This document shows, piece after piece, positions 42,807 through 59,090 of a DNA stretch of 64,000 nucleotides. The notes below the pieces were generated by a model, which ran no database searches, had not been told where the DNA came from, and was given only the letters and a program-made list of their open reading frames with translations. Source of the DNA: Escherichia phage phi456. The position numbers and the translations under genes were made by a program. The stretch lies in sequence record OR339795; one strand, written 5' to 3'. Every line of letters starts with the position of its first letter. Position 1 is the first letter of the stretch.

Positions 42807-43591
42807 TGCCACTGCTGGATAAGCTGCGTGAGCAGTACGGGGTCGGACCGGTATGCAGCGAACTGCATATTGCCCCGTCAACGTATTACCACTGTCAGCA
42901 ACAGCGACATCATCCGGATAAACGCAGTGCCCGTGCGCAGCGCGATGACTGGCTGAAGAAAGAGATACTGCGCGTATACGATGAAAATCATCAGGTGTAC
43001 GGTGTGCGTAAAGTCTGGCGTCAGTTGTTACGGGAAGGTATCAGGGTGGCCAGATGCACTGTGGCACGTCTCATGGCGGTTATGGGACTTGCCGGTGTTC
43101 TCCGGGGTAAAAAGGTCCGTACGACCATCAGCCGGAAAGCCGTTGCCGCAGGCGACCGCGTAAACCGTCAGTTCGTGGCAGAACGTCCTGACCAGCTGTG
43201 GGTAGCTGATTTTACTTACGTCAGCACATGGCAGGGCTTCGTCTATGTGGCGTTCATCATTGATGTATTTGCCGGATACATCGTGGGGTGGCGAGTCTCA
43301 TCGTCTATGGAAACGACATTCGTGCTGGATGCACTGGAGCAGGCGTTGTGGGCCCGCCGGCCGTCCGGCACAATCCACCACAGTGATAAAGGTTCTCAGT
43401 ATGTATCGCTGGCCTACACGCAGCGGCTTAAGGAAGCCGGCTTACTGGCCTCAACAGGAAGTACTGGTGACTCGTATGACAACGCGATGGCGGAGAGCAT
43501 CAATGGTCTTTACAAAGCGGAGGTAATACACCGTAAGAGTTGGAAAAACCGGACAGAAGTGGAACTGGCCACACTAACGTGGGTGGACTGG
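42803..43591 (+). pseudogene. IS629 transposase OrfB, truncated by IS2 insertion
   Basis: DDE transposase frame diverges after ...TLTWVDW at the IS2 boundary; the remaining C-terminus ([28 protein letters not shown]) is found at 44923-45030. Confidence 0.8.
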
Positions 43592-43602
43592 TGGATTTGC
43601 CC

Positions 43603-44508
43603 CTATATTTCCAGACACCTGTTATCACTTAACCCATTACTGGCCTGCTGCCGCAGATATTCCCGTGGCGAGCGATAACCCAGTGCACTATGCGGATGCC
43701 ATTCGTTATAATGCTCGAACGCCTCTGCAAGGTTCTTTGCTGCCGTTAACCCGTCTGGTTTAGGCATGATACTGATGTAGTCACGCTTTATCGTTTTCAC
43801 GAAGCTCTCTGCTATGCCGTTACTCTCTGGACTCCGCACCGCCGTGTTCTTCGGTTCAAGCCCCAACATCCGGGCAAACTGCCGTGTTTCATTAGCCCGG
43901 TAGCATGAACCATTATCCGTCAGCCACTCTACTGGAGACGCCGGAAGCTCGTTGCCGAAGCGGCGTTCCACCGCTCCCAGCATTACGTCCTGTACTGTTT
44001 CACTGTCGAAGCCGCCCGTAGTGACTGCCCAGTGCAGTGCCTCACGGTCACAGCAGTCCAGCGCGAACGTGACTCGCAGTTTTTCTCCGTTATCACAGCG
44101 GAACTCGAACCCGTCAGAGCACCATCGTTGATTGCTTTCTTTCACGGCCACTTTGCCAGTATGTGCCCGTTTCGATGGCGGTACAGCGGTTTTTCGCTCA
44201 AGCAACAGCGCATTCTGGCGCATGATCCGGTAAACACGTTTGGCATTGATCGCAGGCATACCATCAAGTTCGGCCTGTCTGCGAAGCAGCGCCCATACCC
44301 GACGATAACCATACGTGGGCAGCTCTCCGATAACATGGTGTATACGGAGAAGCACATCCGTATCATCTGAGTGACGGCTGCGGCGACCATCTTTCCAGTC
44401 ATCGGTTCGTCTGAGAATTACGTGCAACTGCGCACGCGACACCCGGAGACAACGGCTGACTAAGCTTACTCCCCATCCCCGGGCAATAAGGGCGCGTGCG
44501 CTATCCAC
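43603..44508 (-). CDS. insD: IS2 transposase InsD (OrfB)
   Basis: 301-aa DDE transposase recognised as IS2 OrfB. Confidence 0.9.
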
Positions 44509-44876
44509 TTTTTTGCACGCCCGTATTCAACGGCTTCTTTAAGGAGTTCATTTTCCATCGTTTTTTTGCCGAGCAGGCGCTGGAGTTCTTTAATCTGCTT
44601 CATGGCAGCAGCAAGTTCAGAGGCAGGAACGACCTGCTCTCCTGCGGCCACAGCAGTAAGACTTCCCTCCTGGTATTGCTTGCGCCAGAGAAATAACTGG
44701 CTGGCTGCCACACCGTGTTGCCGGGCAACAAGGGAGACCGTCATTCCCGGTTCAAAACTCTGCTGAACAATAGCGATCTTTTCCTGTGTAGTACGCCGTC
44801 TGCGTTTCTCCGGTCCTAAGACATCAATCATCTGCTCTCCAATGACTAGTCTAAAAACTAGTATTAAGACTATCAC
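44466..44876 (-). CDS. insC: IS2 InsC (OrfA)
   Basis: 136 aa [24 protein letters not shown]... Confidence 0.9.
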
Positions 44877-45071
44877 TTATTTAAGTGATATTGGTTGTCT
44901 GGAGATTCAGGGGGCCAGTCTAACTGGTATAACAATCGACGATTGCTGGAAAGGCTGGGCCATATTCCTCCGGCAGAAGCAGAAAAAGCTTATTATGCTT
45001 CCATCGGAAATACTGATCTGGCAGCCTGAGTTCACAGATAAAACACTCTCCAGGAAACCCGGGGCGGTTCA

Positions 45072-45254
45072 AACTGCAGTTGCCATGTTTTACGGCAGTG
45101 AGAGCAGAGATAGCGCTGATGTCCGGCAGTGCTTTTGCCGTTACGCACCACCCCGTCAGTAGCTGAACAGGAGGGACAGCTGATAGAAACAGAAGCCACT
45201 GGAGCACCTCAAAAACACCATCATACACTAAATCAGTAAGTTGGCAGCATCACC
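45072..45254 (-). mobile_element. IS1 left-end fragment (about 183 bp including the inverted repeat)
   Basis: Sequence identical in kind to the insA-proximal end of the full IS1 copies, ending ...GTTGGCAGCATCACC; truncated by IS629. Confidence 0.7.
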
Positions 45255-45462
45255 CAGGTGCTGGTGAGAATGAGTGCAAGGACGGCTGAAGAATATTTTT
45301 TCATACCAACACCTTCTGTAGGTTAAAAAGAGAGGAGCTTTTCCGGAGTTATATTAATAATTCATTCATCAGAGAAAACTGTTTTTTTGTTACGGCAATA
45401 ATAATGAGACAATTCCTGGTAAGCCCGGTGCCGTTCTACGGTTGCACCGGGAGGGCTGGAAC

Positions 45463-45777
45463 TCAGTGCGGAGATTTTTTACCATCCTGGCGATATAAAT
45501 GATCATGTGCTGTTTTGCGATCCCTGTATATGCCCATTTCTTTTTCCGTCTGTATTGCAGAACTGCGTAATAATCTGAAGGAGAACTCTTCCTGGCTGGT
45601 TGCTCTCTGTGATTTCATTTTTGCACGTTTCAGGCAGTGCTGTATCCGTCTCTGGATACAGATCCGATCATCTTCCTGCAGGTAGTTCAGCAGCAATTCC
45701 TGCCAGCGTGCAGCGGCTCTGCGCCATAATCCCCGCTGTTTGAGCTCTTCAGCTTTTTTATCAGTAATCATATTCAC
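45463..45777 (-). CDS. PerC/Pch-family transcriptional regulator-like protein
   Basis: 104 aa; KKAEELKQRGLWRRAAARWQELL matches the PerC-family N-terminal signature as recalled. Confidence 0.55.
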   Translation of the reverse strand: MNMITDKKAEELKQRGLWRRAAARWQELLLNYLQEDDRICIQRRIQHCLKRAKMKSQRATSQEEFSFRLLRSSAIQTEKEMGIYRDRKTAHDHLYRQDGKKSPH

Positions 45778-45794
45778 CTCTGCTCTGGTCGGTC

Positions 45795-46595
45795 ATGCTT
45801 TCTTCCCGGTATGTTATAGTTATTAAGATACTTTTGTCCCTGTTCTGTTCCGGAGTGAACATGATTTTTGTCTGTTCTGTTGTACTGGCTGACAAGGCAT
45901 TCACCCTGCAGTTTGCCGGGAAAATGCTGTCCCTTTCTGCAGGAGATGTGCTTCTGATTGATGATACTGATCGTGAGGATTTTCAGCCTCATGCTGCGCA
46001 TATCACTGAGGTGCGGCTGGATGAAAATATCATCCGCAGATATCTGGAGAGTTGTGGCGGCAACCGGGAGGCCGACAACACGGTTTCTTCTGGTTTCATC
46101 AGAGTGGCCTTTGCTCATCCTGCGTTGTTGCGTGACGTTATGCATCATCTGAATTCGGGAGGATTTGTTCATCCCGGATTTTCCGAGCAGATGTTTTTTT
46201 CCTGCATTGCTGTCTTTGCATCAAAAAAAGGCTTTCTTCCTTTGTTGCTGGGCGGAATGCTTTCTGTGGCCGGGAGAGTGAGGCATATCATCTGTACTGA
46301 CTTTTCACGCCAGTGGAAGCTGCGGGATGTCAGCAGTCGTTTGTATATGAGTGAAAGTCAGCTGAAAAAGAAACTGAAGGAAGAAGGATGTTCGTTCACC
46401 GGAGTGCTTCTGGATGTGAGAATGGGCTATGCACGCCGTCTGTTACAGGCCCGTCTGCCGGTCAACAGGGTGGCCGCGCAGTGTGGTTATGTAAGCACAT
46501 CTTATTTTATCTGCGTGTTCAGGGAATGTTTTGGCGTCACGCCTCACCGGATGCTGGCGCTTCAGGAGCACGGGCAGCATAAAAGTGAATGCTGA
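45795..46595 (+). CDS. AraC/XylS-family transcriptional regulator
   Basis: C-terminal dual HTH (...RLLQARLPVNRVAAQCGYVSTSYFICVFRECFGVTPHRM); alternative start at Met 45861; divergent from the PerC-like gene. Confidence 0.75.
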   Translation: MLSSRYVIVIKILLSLFCSGVNMIFVCSVVLADKAFTLQFAGKMLSLSAGDVLLIDDTDREDFQPHAAHITEVRLDENIIRRYLESCGGNREADNTVSSGFIRVAFAHPALLRDVMHHLNSGGFVHPGFSEQMFFSCIAVFASKKGFLPLLLGGMLSVAGRVRHIICTDFSRQWKLRDVSSRLYMSESQLKKKLKEEGCSFTGVLLDVRMGYARRLLQARLPVNRVAAQCGYVSTSYFICVFRECFGVTPHRMLALQEHGQHKSEC

Positions 46596-46754
46596 GTTTG
46601 AATTATTCTGAAGAACGGCGGGCATTTTATGGAAACGGCACATTTCCGTGTCTCTGTGGTCATTCCCGATTGCTGTTGACGCATCGCCACTCACCGGAAA
46701 TGTGCCGGAATATTTTAATCGTTCTTCACCGTCTGTGAAGGTCCTGTGCTTACA

Positions 46755-46950
46755 TTACTGAGCGGAAAATGACCTCAATTTCCTCCTGTGTAGCCTGAAT
46801 CGGGTTTGTCAGACCACATGCATCCTTCAGGGCATTAGCGGCCAGAACAGGGATATCCTCTTCTCTGACGTTCAGGGCTTTCAGACCTGTCGGGATATTC
46901 ACTTTTCCGGCCAGTTCCCTGATTGCAGATATACTGTCAGCGCCAGTGAT
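46755..46950 (-). pseudogene. C-terminal fragment of an iron-containing alcohol dehydrogenase-like gene
   Basis: Minus-strand translation ...[45 protein letters not shown] then stop; N-terminal part is cut by the IS end at 46951. Confidence 0.3.
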
Positions 46951-48420
<1,470 letters not shown>

Positions 48421-48677
48421 GCGTTGACAGCGGGTTCCTGAGTCCGGTGAAGCGCCGGTTACTGGAAAATGTTGTGTACGTCATAACAGAAACGGAGAGA
48501 AAAACGGCGATGCAAATCAGGCGGAGAAGGGTGTATCAGCGGTTACTGAAGGTTGACCCGCTGAAGTGCATCCTGTGCGGAGGTCAGATGCGGTTTACGG
48601 GGCTGAAGCGGGGCTACCGTCTGGCAGAGCTGGTCATGATGCATGAGCCACTGGCACGACAGCGGGTATACAGCTGA
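48421..48677 (+). pseudogene. possible transposase C-terminal fragment (Cys-rich)
   Basis: C-terminal part of ORF 48324..48677, ...PLKCILCGGQMRFTG...; family not assignable with confidence. Confidence 0.2.
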
Positions 48678-48773
48678 GAGCCGCAGAGGGGAAGTTGCGT
48701 CCATTTTTTGAGGAATGGAGCAAAAAATCATCACAGATATAAAAAATCAATCAATGAAAGCCATTTAATTGCC

Positions 48774-53240
<4,467 letters not shown>

Positions 53241-53737
53241 ACTGTTTTTTCTTTAGTGATGCATTTTTTATCAACCATACAAGCACATTATTTCATTGAT
53301 ACCAATCACATCAGGATGAATGTTTTTTCTCAATAGAAATAAGTGTCTTTATTCCTTACTAATTTATTCTGGTTATTCCTCTTATCCAGACGTCTCGTGA
53401 TACTCCCTGTATTTATTATAGAGTATATATATGTACTGCGTTTAAATCATGAAGACGACAACCTGTTTTACATAAATTATTCCTAAGTATTTTTCCAGAG
53501 AAGACCTAGGTATAATGATGTGCACTGTCTGGTTTTCTTACAACTGACTTAGCGATCTGCATATCCGTGATAACGCCTGAATAAATAGGACGAGAGAACT
53601 CTTAACCAAATAATCTAACACTTTTAATCGACAGGAATTAAAAACCCGGGGAGGTTAAAAAAACACAAAAAAATGGTTGTTTATTCAACTCTGGTTACGT
53701 ACCATGAGGACTGCATCCACAATGCACCGGCAATTAA

Positions 53738-54505
53738 GGTAATGACTCCAACTTATTGATAGTGTTTTATGTTCAGATAATGCCCGATGACTTTGTCATG
53801 CAGCTCCACCGATTTTGAGAACGACAGCGACTTCCGTCCCAGCCGTGCCAGGTGCTGCCTCAGATTCAGGTTATGCCGCTCAATTCGCTGCGTATATCGC
53901 TTGCTGATTACGTGCAGCTTTCCCTTCAGGCGGGATTCATACAGCGGCCAGCCATCCGTCATCCATATCACCACGTCAAAGGGTGACAGCAGGCTCATAA
54001 GACGCCCCAGCGTCGCCATAGTGCGTTCACCGAATACGTGCGCAACAACCGTCTTCCGGAGACTGTCATACGCGTAAAACAGCCAGCGCTGGCGCGATTT
54101 AGCCCCGACGTATCCCCACTGTTCGTCCATTTCCGCGCAGACGATGACGTCACTGCCCGGCTGTATGCGCGAGGTTACCGACTGCGGCCTGAGTTTTTTA
54201 AATAGCGGAAAATCGTGTTGAGGCCAACGCCCATAATGCGGGCTGTTGCCCGGCATCCAACGCCATTCATGGCCATATCAATGATTTTCTGGTGCGTACC
54301 GGGTTGAGAAGCGGTGTAAGTGAACTGCAGTTGCCATGTTTTACGGCAGTGAGAGCAGAGATAGCGCTGATGTCCGGCAGTGCTTTTGCCGTTACGCACC
54401 ACCCCGTCAGTAGCTGAACAGGAGGGAGAGCTGATAGAAACAGAAGCCACTGGAGCACCTCAAAAACACCATCATACACTAAATCAGTAAGTTGGCAGCA
54501 TCACC
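53738..54505 (-). mobile_element. IS1 (768 bp), copy B
   Basis: Same orientation as copy A; insB 53753..54256, insA 54175..54450. Confidence 0.9.
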
Positions 54506-54839
54506 GATCATCCTTAGACTCAGGGGCAAAGATTCTGTCTCAGTAAATCAGGCTCTTACCGACAAATTCCTGAGTTTACCGTCAGAACTCAGAAGATCAC
54601 TGACATGGGACAGAGGAATGGAACTGGCCAGACATCTAGAATTTACTGTCAGCACTGGCGTTAAAGTTTACTTCTGCGATCCTCAGAGTCCTTGGCAGCG
54701 GGGAACAAATGAGAATACAAATGGGCTAATTCGGCAGTACTTTCCTAAAAAGACATGTCTTGCCCAATATACTCAACATGAACTCGTCATTGTGGAAAGG
54801 CCGACATCCATAGCGCTGGCTGCATCTACCACGGTGTAA
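54506..54839 (+). pseudogene. IS30-family transposase C-terminal fragment
   Basis: ...VKVYFCDPQSPWQRGTNENTNGLIRQYFPKKT, matching the IS30 transposase C-terminal motif as recalled. Confidence 0.5.
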
Positions 54840-54977
54840 TTCTGGTCAACGACCAGTTGAGCGGATTCGCGTTTAAACTCTGCGCTGAAATTTCTTTTTT
54901 TCATTATGGCACCTGTGTTGTTCTGAGGTGAGCATATCACCTCTGTTCAGGTGGCCAAATTCAGTAAACCACTTCAG
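54840..54977 (-). mobile_element. IS911-like left-end fragment (inverted repeat plus first 21 codons of orfA)
   Basis: Minus strand: TGAAGTGGTTTACTGAATTTGGCCACCTGAACAG... then [21 protein letters not shown]. Confidence 0.55.
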
Positions 54978-55022
54978 AGGGAAACGTTCAAAAGCAACCG
55001 CCGGGAAAATGAAGGCTGAAGG

Positions 55023-55790
55023 GGTGATGCTGCCAACTTACTGATTTAGTGTATGATGGTGTTTTTGAGGTGCTCCAGTGGCTTCTGTTTCTATCAGCTG
55101 TCCCTCCTGTTCAGCTACTGACGGGGTGGTGCGTAACGGCAAAAGCACCGCCGGACATCAGCGCTATCTCTGCTCTCACTGCCGTAAAACATGGCAACTG
55201 CAGTTCACTTACACCGCTTCTCAACCCGGTACGCACCAGAAAATCATTGATATGGCCATGAATGGCGTTGGATGCCGGGCAACAGCCCGCATTATGGGCG
55301 TTGGCCTCAACACGATTTTACGTCACTTAAAAAACTCAGGCCGCAGTCGGTAACCTCGCGCATACAGCCGGGCAGTGACGTCATCGTCTGCGCGGAAATG
55401 GACGAACAGTGGGGATACGTCGGGGCTAAATCGCGCCAGCGCTGGCTGTTTTACGCGTATGACAGGCTCCGGAAGACGGTTGTTGCGCACGTATTCGGTG
55501 AACGCACTATGGCGACGCTGGGGCGTCTTATGAGCCTGCTGTCACCCTTTGACGTGGTGATATGGATGACGGATGGCTGGCCGCTGTATGAATCCCGCCT
55601 GAAGGGAAAGCTGCACGTAATCAGCAAGCGATATACGCAGCGAATTGAGCGGCATAACCTGAATCTGAGGCAGCACCTGGCACGGCTGGGACGGAAGTCG
55701 CTGTCGTTCTCAAAATCGGTGGAGCTGCATGACAAAGTCATCGGGCATTATCTGAACATAAAACACTATCAATAAGTTGGAGTCATTACC
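55023..55790 (+). mobile_element. IS1 (768 bp), copy C, inverted relative to copies A and B
   Basis: GGTGATGCTGCCAACTTACTGAT...GGAGTCATTACC; insA 55078..55353, insB 55272..55775. Confidence 0.9.
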
Positions 55791-55791
55791 G

Positions 55792-56067
55792 GCTGAAGGG
55801 CAGAAAAAAGGTTATCCGGACATGAGTCTCGATAAAGCATGCGGTATTTATCACGGCATGCGAATTGAGCTTAAAGAACCAAATGGTAAAGCCCCGACGA
55901 AAGAGCAGATCGCCTGGATGCGCAGGCTTAGAGAGGAAGGTTACTACGTCGTTCTTGCGTATGGTGCAGAACAAGCGATAACCGCCATCCTGGAATACAT
56001 AAGCCTTAAAAAGGGTGAGGCTATTGAGCATGTATTGAACGGCGATAAGTGGTTGTATGCTGCTTAA
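55792..56067 (+). pseudogene. VRR-NUC-domain nuclease-like protein, 5' end disrupted by IS1
   Basis: ...KKGYPDMSLDKACGIYHGMRIELKEPNGKAPTKEQIAWMRRLREEGYYVVLAYGAEQAITAILEY fits the VRR-NUC pattern; the ORF's first codons lie within the IS1 terminus. Confidence 0.45.
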
Positions 56068-56263
56068 AATAATAAATTAATTAGTGCATATGTGCTCTTT
56101 GATATAGCGCACATTAACATCGGGAGAATAATCGTGTCATTCAAGGCTAATTATGAATCGCTGGCATCGATCATGCCGCGTAATGAACAGGAAGCAGATG
56201 CTGTAGTGGACCCGGTAATCGCTGAAATGAATGCTCGCCTGGAGGCTGAATTTGCAGCTGAGA

Positions 56264-56893
56264 ATGAACATACCACCCAGGGCGACTAGGACTGTTTTTT
56301 GTGTCGGTAGCGGTCCGTCACTCACTCGTGAGGACTGTGCTGCTATAGAAAAAACTGGCTGTTCAATCATCGCGGTTAACAATTCCTGGCAGATGTTCGA
56401 TGACATTTATGCCTTATACGCCGGTGATTTGTCATGGTGGAAGCAATACGGATCCACCATACCGGGAGGGAGATTCCGCAAAGTGACAGCCAACCTGGCG
56501 GCGGCGAAATCATTTTCGTTGGAGTACAGGCGATATTGTGGACCGGCGGAAGGGGTAAATAGCGGCGCGCAGGCTATCAGTCTGGCTGCTGAATCAGGGG
56601 CTGAAGTAGTGGTATTAGTCGGCTATGACTGTTCTCTGCAAAACGGCCTTCATTGGCATGGCGCGCACCCTCAAGCCCTACGGAATCCAACGCAGGTGTC
56701 TATTTCAAAATGGCAACAGCAGTTCCTGGATACCCGCAAAAAACACGCAGATTTACATATTTTGAATGCAAGTAGGAGCAGTGCAATTCAATGTTTCCCA
56801 AGAATAAATTTAGAGGCAGTGATCGCGTTATTATCGTCGGCAGTGGCCCAAGCGCCGCAAACTTTGTTGCGCCGCGCGGAGTGCCGATTATAG
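56264..56893 (+). CDS. GSGPS-motif Rossmann-like protein, paralog 1 (MptE/Maf-like fold suspected)
   Basis: VFCVGSGPSLTREDCAAIEKTGCSIIAVNNSW...; likely start at Met 56264; 3' end overlaps paralog 2 by 103 bp. Confidence 0.4.
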   Translation: MNIPPRATRTVFCVGSGPSLTREDCAAIEKTGCSIIAVNNSWQMFDDIYALYAGDLSWWKQYGSTIPGGRFRKVTANLAAAKSFSLEYRRYCGPAEGVNSGAQAISLAAESGAEVVVLVGYDCSLQNGLHWHGAHPQALRNPTQVSISKWQQQFLDTRKKHADLHILNASRSSAIQCFPRINLEAVIALLSSAVAQAPQTLLRRAECRL

Positions 56894-57417
56894 CGGTCAA
56901 TGGGGCCATCGACTGGCTGAACCGCGCTTCTTATTTTTTCACACTTGATCCATCGCCAGACAATATGCGGCGCGTTGGTCGTGGCCGCCGTCGCCGTGGT
57001 GTTTGTTATTGCATGGCACTACCCGATGTTAAAGAACGTGAAGTCAGAGACGGCGTTCTGTGCTTCCGTCGTGTGGCTGAACGTGGCATGGAGCCAAAAA
57101 ATACGAATTCTCCCGAGTGGTGGGCGTGGCGCTGGTCCGCACATTTCGGACTTTGCGAAGATGAGAATGAAATTGCCAGCGGCAATAGTGCATATGGCGC
57201 TCTGAACCTGGCTTTCCATATCGGATTCAAACATGTCGCCCTGGTGGGCGTTGACGCTACACAAGAACCACGCGTTCACTCCGGCGGCACGCCAAAAAAT
57301 CTAAGTCACCTGCCTTTGTTATTCCAGTCTGCGCGTGAACGGATTGACGTTGTTTCATGCGGGAAAATGGGAGGTATTCCGCAGATGACTCTTAAAGAAT
57401 GGCTGAAGAATACATGA
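56791..57417 (+). CDS. GSGPS-motif Rossmann-like protein, paralog 2
   Basis: [30 protein letters not shown]...; the same motif layout as paralog 1. Confidence 0.4.
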   Translation: MFPKNKFRGSDRVIIVGSGPSAANFVAPRGVPIIAVNGAIDWLNRASYFFTLDPSPDNMRRVGRGRRRRGVCYCMALPDVKEREVRDGVLCFRRVAERGMEPKNTNSPEWWAWRWSAHFGLCEDENEIASGNSAYGALNLAFHIGFKHVALVGVDATQEPRVHSGGTPKNLSHLPLLFQSARERIDVVSCGKMGGIPQMTLKEWLKNT

Positions 57418-58091
57418 TGGCACCAACAATTTATCACCGTATCGACGGTACCAAATACAGGAATATCTGGGTTGTTGGTGATCTGCATGGTTGCTACACC
57501 AGACTGATGTCCGAACTCCATCGTGTGGATTTTGACCCGGCGCAGGATTTACTGATATCGGTCGGCGACCTTATCGATCGCGGTACTGAAAATGTCGAAT
57601 GTCTGGAACTATTGCAGATGCCCTGGTTCAGGGCAGTAATGGGGAACCATGAGCGGTTGATGCTCGATGCGTTAAGTCCTGATGGCAACGTGAATAACTG
57701 GCTAATGAATGGCGGACAATGGTTCTTCATGCTGGACACTGATCAGGAAATATTAGCCAGGGCGCTGGTGGAGTTGGTAAGACGACTGCCCTATATCATT
57801 GAGTTGAACACCGGGCAAGAAACTATCGTTATAGCCCATGCCGACTATCCGGATAATGAATATCAATTCGGTAAGGAGGTGCCGCTTTTCAACGTTGTCT
57901 GGGCGCGCGAGCGTATCAGTGATTCGATGGATGATATTGGTGGCGAAATTTCGGGCGCAGATCGTTTTATCTTTGGTCACACTCCGGTGAAAAGCCCGAA
58001 GACATTCTGGAATCAGCATTATATCGACACTGGTGCCGTATTTTGCGGAAACCTGACATTGATGAAAGTGAAAGGTGATGGTGCAGCATGA
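57399..58091 (+). CDS. PPP-family Ser/Thr protein phosphatase (lambda-phosphatase/PrpA-like)
   Basis: Motifs GDLHG, GDLIDRG, GNHE present in order. Confidence 0.8.
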   Translation: MAEEYMMAPTIYHRIDGTKYRNIWVVGDLHGCYTRLMSELHRVDFDPAQDLLISVGDLIDRGTENVECLELLQMPWFRAVMGNHERLMLDALSPDGNVNNWLMNGGQWFFMLDTDQEILARALVELVRRLPYIIELNTGQETIVIAHADYPDNEYQFGKEVPLFNVVWARERISDSMDDIGGEISGADRFIFGHTPVKSPKTFWNQHYIDTGAVFCGNLTLMKVKGDGAA

Positions 58092-58741
58092 AGATTGCTT
58101 TAGTTCTTCGCTCTGGTGGCGACTATAACGCTTCCGATGTGCAGTGGCTGGTTAATCAACTGCCAAAAGGCTATGAAATTATTTGCCTGACAGACCTGAA
58201 GCGTTTACATGTACCTGGCGTCAAAGTTATCCCATTGATCAACCAGTGGCAAAAGTGCCGTGGCTGGTGGGCGAAAATCGAGTTGTTCCGACCGGATATA
58301 ACCGATGATCTGTTCTATCTGGATTTGGACACGGTTATTGCCGGTGATATACGCCCAATCCTTGAGAATCCACCAACCAGCTTCACCATGCTTAGGGATT
58401 TTTACCATCCACAATATCGTGGTAGCGGTGCCCTGCGGATACCAAATAGTGTAAAAGCGCATATCTGGAGTTCATTCTGGCAAGATCCGGAAGGTTGGAT
58501 TTCTCGTTGTGTCACTACTGAGTGCTGGGGTGATCAGGGGTTCTTACGGAAGGTTATGGGCGATGATACACCAGCATTTCAGGATCTGTATCCAGGATGG
58601 TTTGTAAGTTACAAGGCCGATGTTGTGGAACCTGGTTCAAAATATGCGAGCGCGCGTTACTCCAGGGGGAATGGGGCATTACCAAAGGACTGCCGAATAA
58701 TTTTTTTCCACGGCAAACCGCGACCTCGCGAAGTGTCATAG
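58088..58741 (+). CDS. hypothetical protein with DXD motif (possible nucleotide-sugar transferase)
   Basis: 217 aa; [12 protein letters not shown]; translationally coupled to the phosphatase gene. Confidence 0.3.
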   Translation: MKIALVLRSGGDYNASDVQWLVNQLPKGYEIICLTDLKRLHVPGVKVIPLINQWQKCRGWWAKIELFRPDITDDLFYLDLDTVIAGDIRPILENPPTSFTMLRDFYHPQYRGSGALRIPNSVKAHIWSSFWQDPEGWISRCVTTECWGDQGFLRKVMGDDTPAFQDLYPGWFVSYKADVVEPGSKYASARYSRGNGALPKDCRIIFFHGKPRPREVS

Positions 58742-58790
58742 GATTGGCTTCCCCTTACCAGCTCGTTTTTTGAGCAAGAATCAGAATAAT

Positions 58791-58856
58791 ATTGCTCTAA
58801 TAATTCCATGTTTTTAAAACGCGATGTACACTCATCACGTTTTTTATTAGAGCAAT
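58791..58856. promoter_or_regulatory. pair of inverted C1 operator-like sites
   Basis: ATTGCTCTAATAATTCC (58791-58807) and inverted TTATTAGAGCAAT (58844-58856), flanking a putative promoter for the downstream operon. Confidence 0.5.
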
Positions 58857-58870
58857 CCATAAGGTGCACT

Positions 58871-59089
58871 ATGTGGCCATTCCGACGGAAATATCACTAC
58901 TGGCTGATCGCCTTTGTTACGCCGACCGGCGGTATCAGGCATGTCATTACCAGGTATCGCAACAAGAGACTCACCTTAGCCAGAATTTTACAGGCTGCCA
59001 TAGGTGAGGGACTGGATACAAATTGCGTAGTCCTTCCACCTTCATACTTAGGAAAAATGACCGAAGCACAAGCTAATACGGAACTTTGA
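58871..59089 (+). CDS. small basic protein, first gene of the C1-operator-associated operon
   Basis: 72 aa from Met 58871 (RBS AAGGTG); stop 1 nt before the next ATG. Confidence 0.3.
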   Translation: MWPFRRKYHYWLIAFVTPTGGIRHVITRYRNKRLTLARILQAAIGEGLDTNCVVLPPSYLGKMTEAQANTEL

Positions 59090-59090
59090 A

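Larger units (their letters stand above)
43592..44922 (-). mobile_element. IS2 (1331 bp)
   Basis: Ends TGGATTTGCCCCTATATTTCCAGACA and ...GGAGATTCAGGGGGCCAGTCTA; contains insC (44466..44876) and insD (43603..44508). Confidence 0.9.
42426..45071 (+). mobile_element. IS629 (IS3 family) interrupted by IS2
   Basis: Left end TGAACCGCCCCGGGAATCCTGGAGACTAAACTTCC at 42426 and matching inverted right end ...GGAAACCCGGGGCGGTTCA ending 45071; the OrfB reading frame resumes after the IS2 insertion. Confidence 0.8.
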
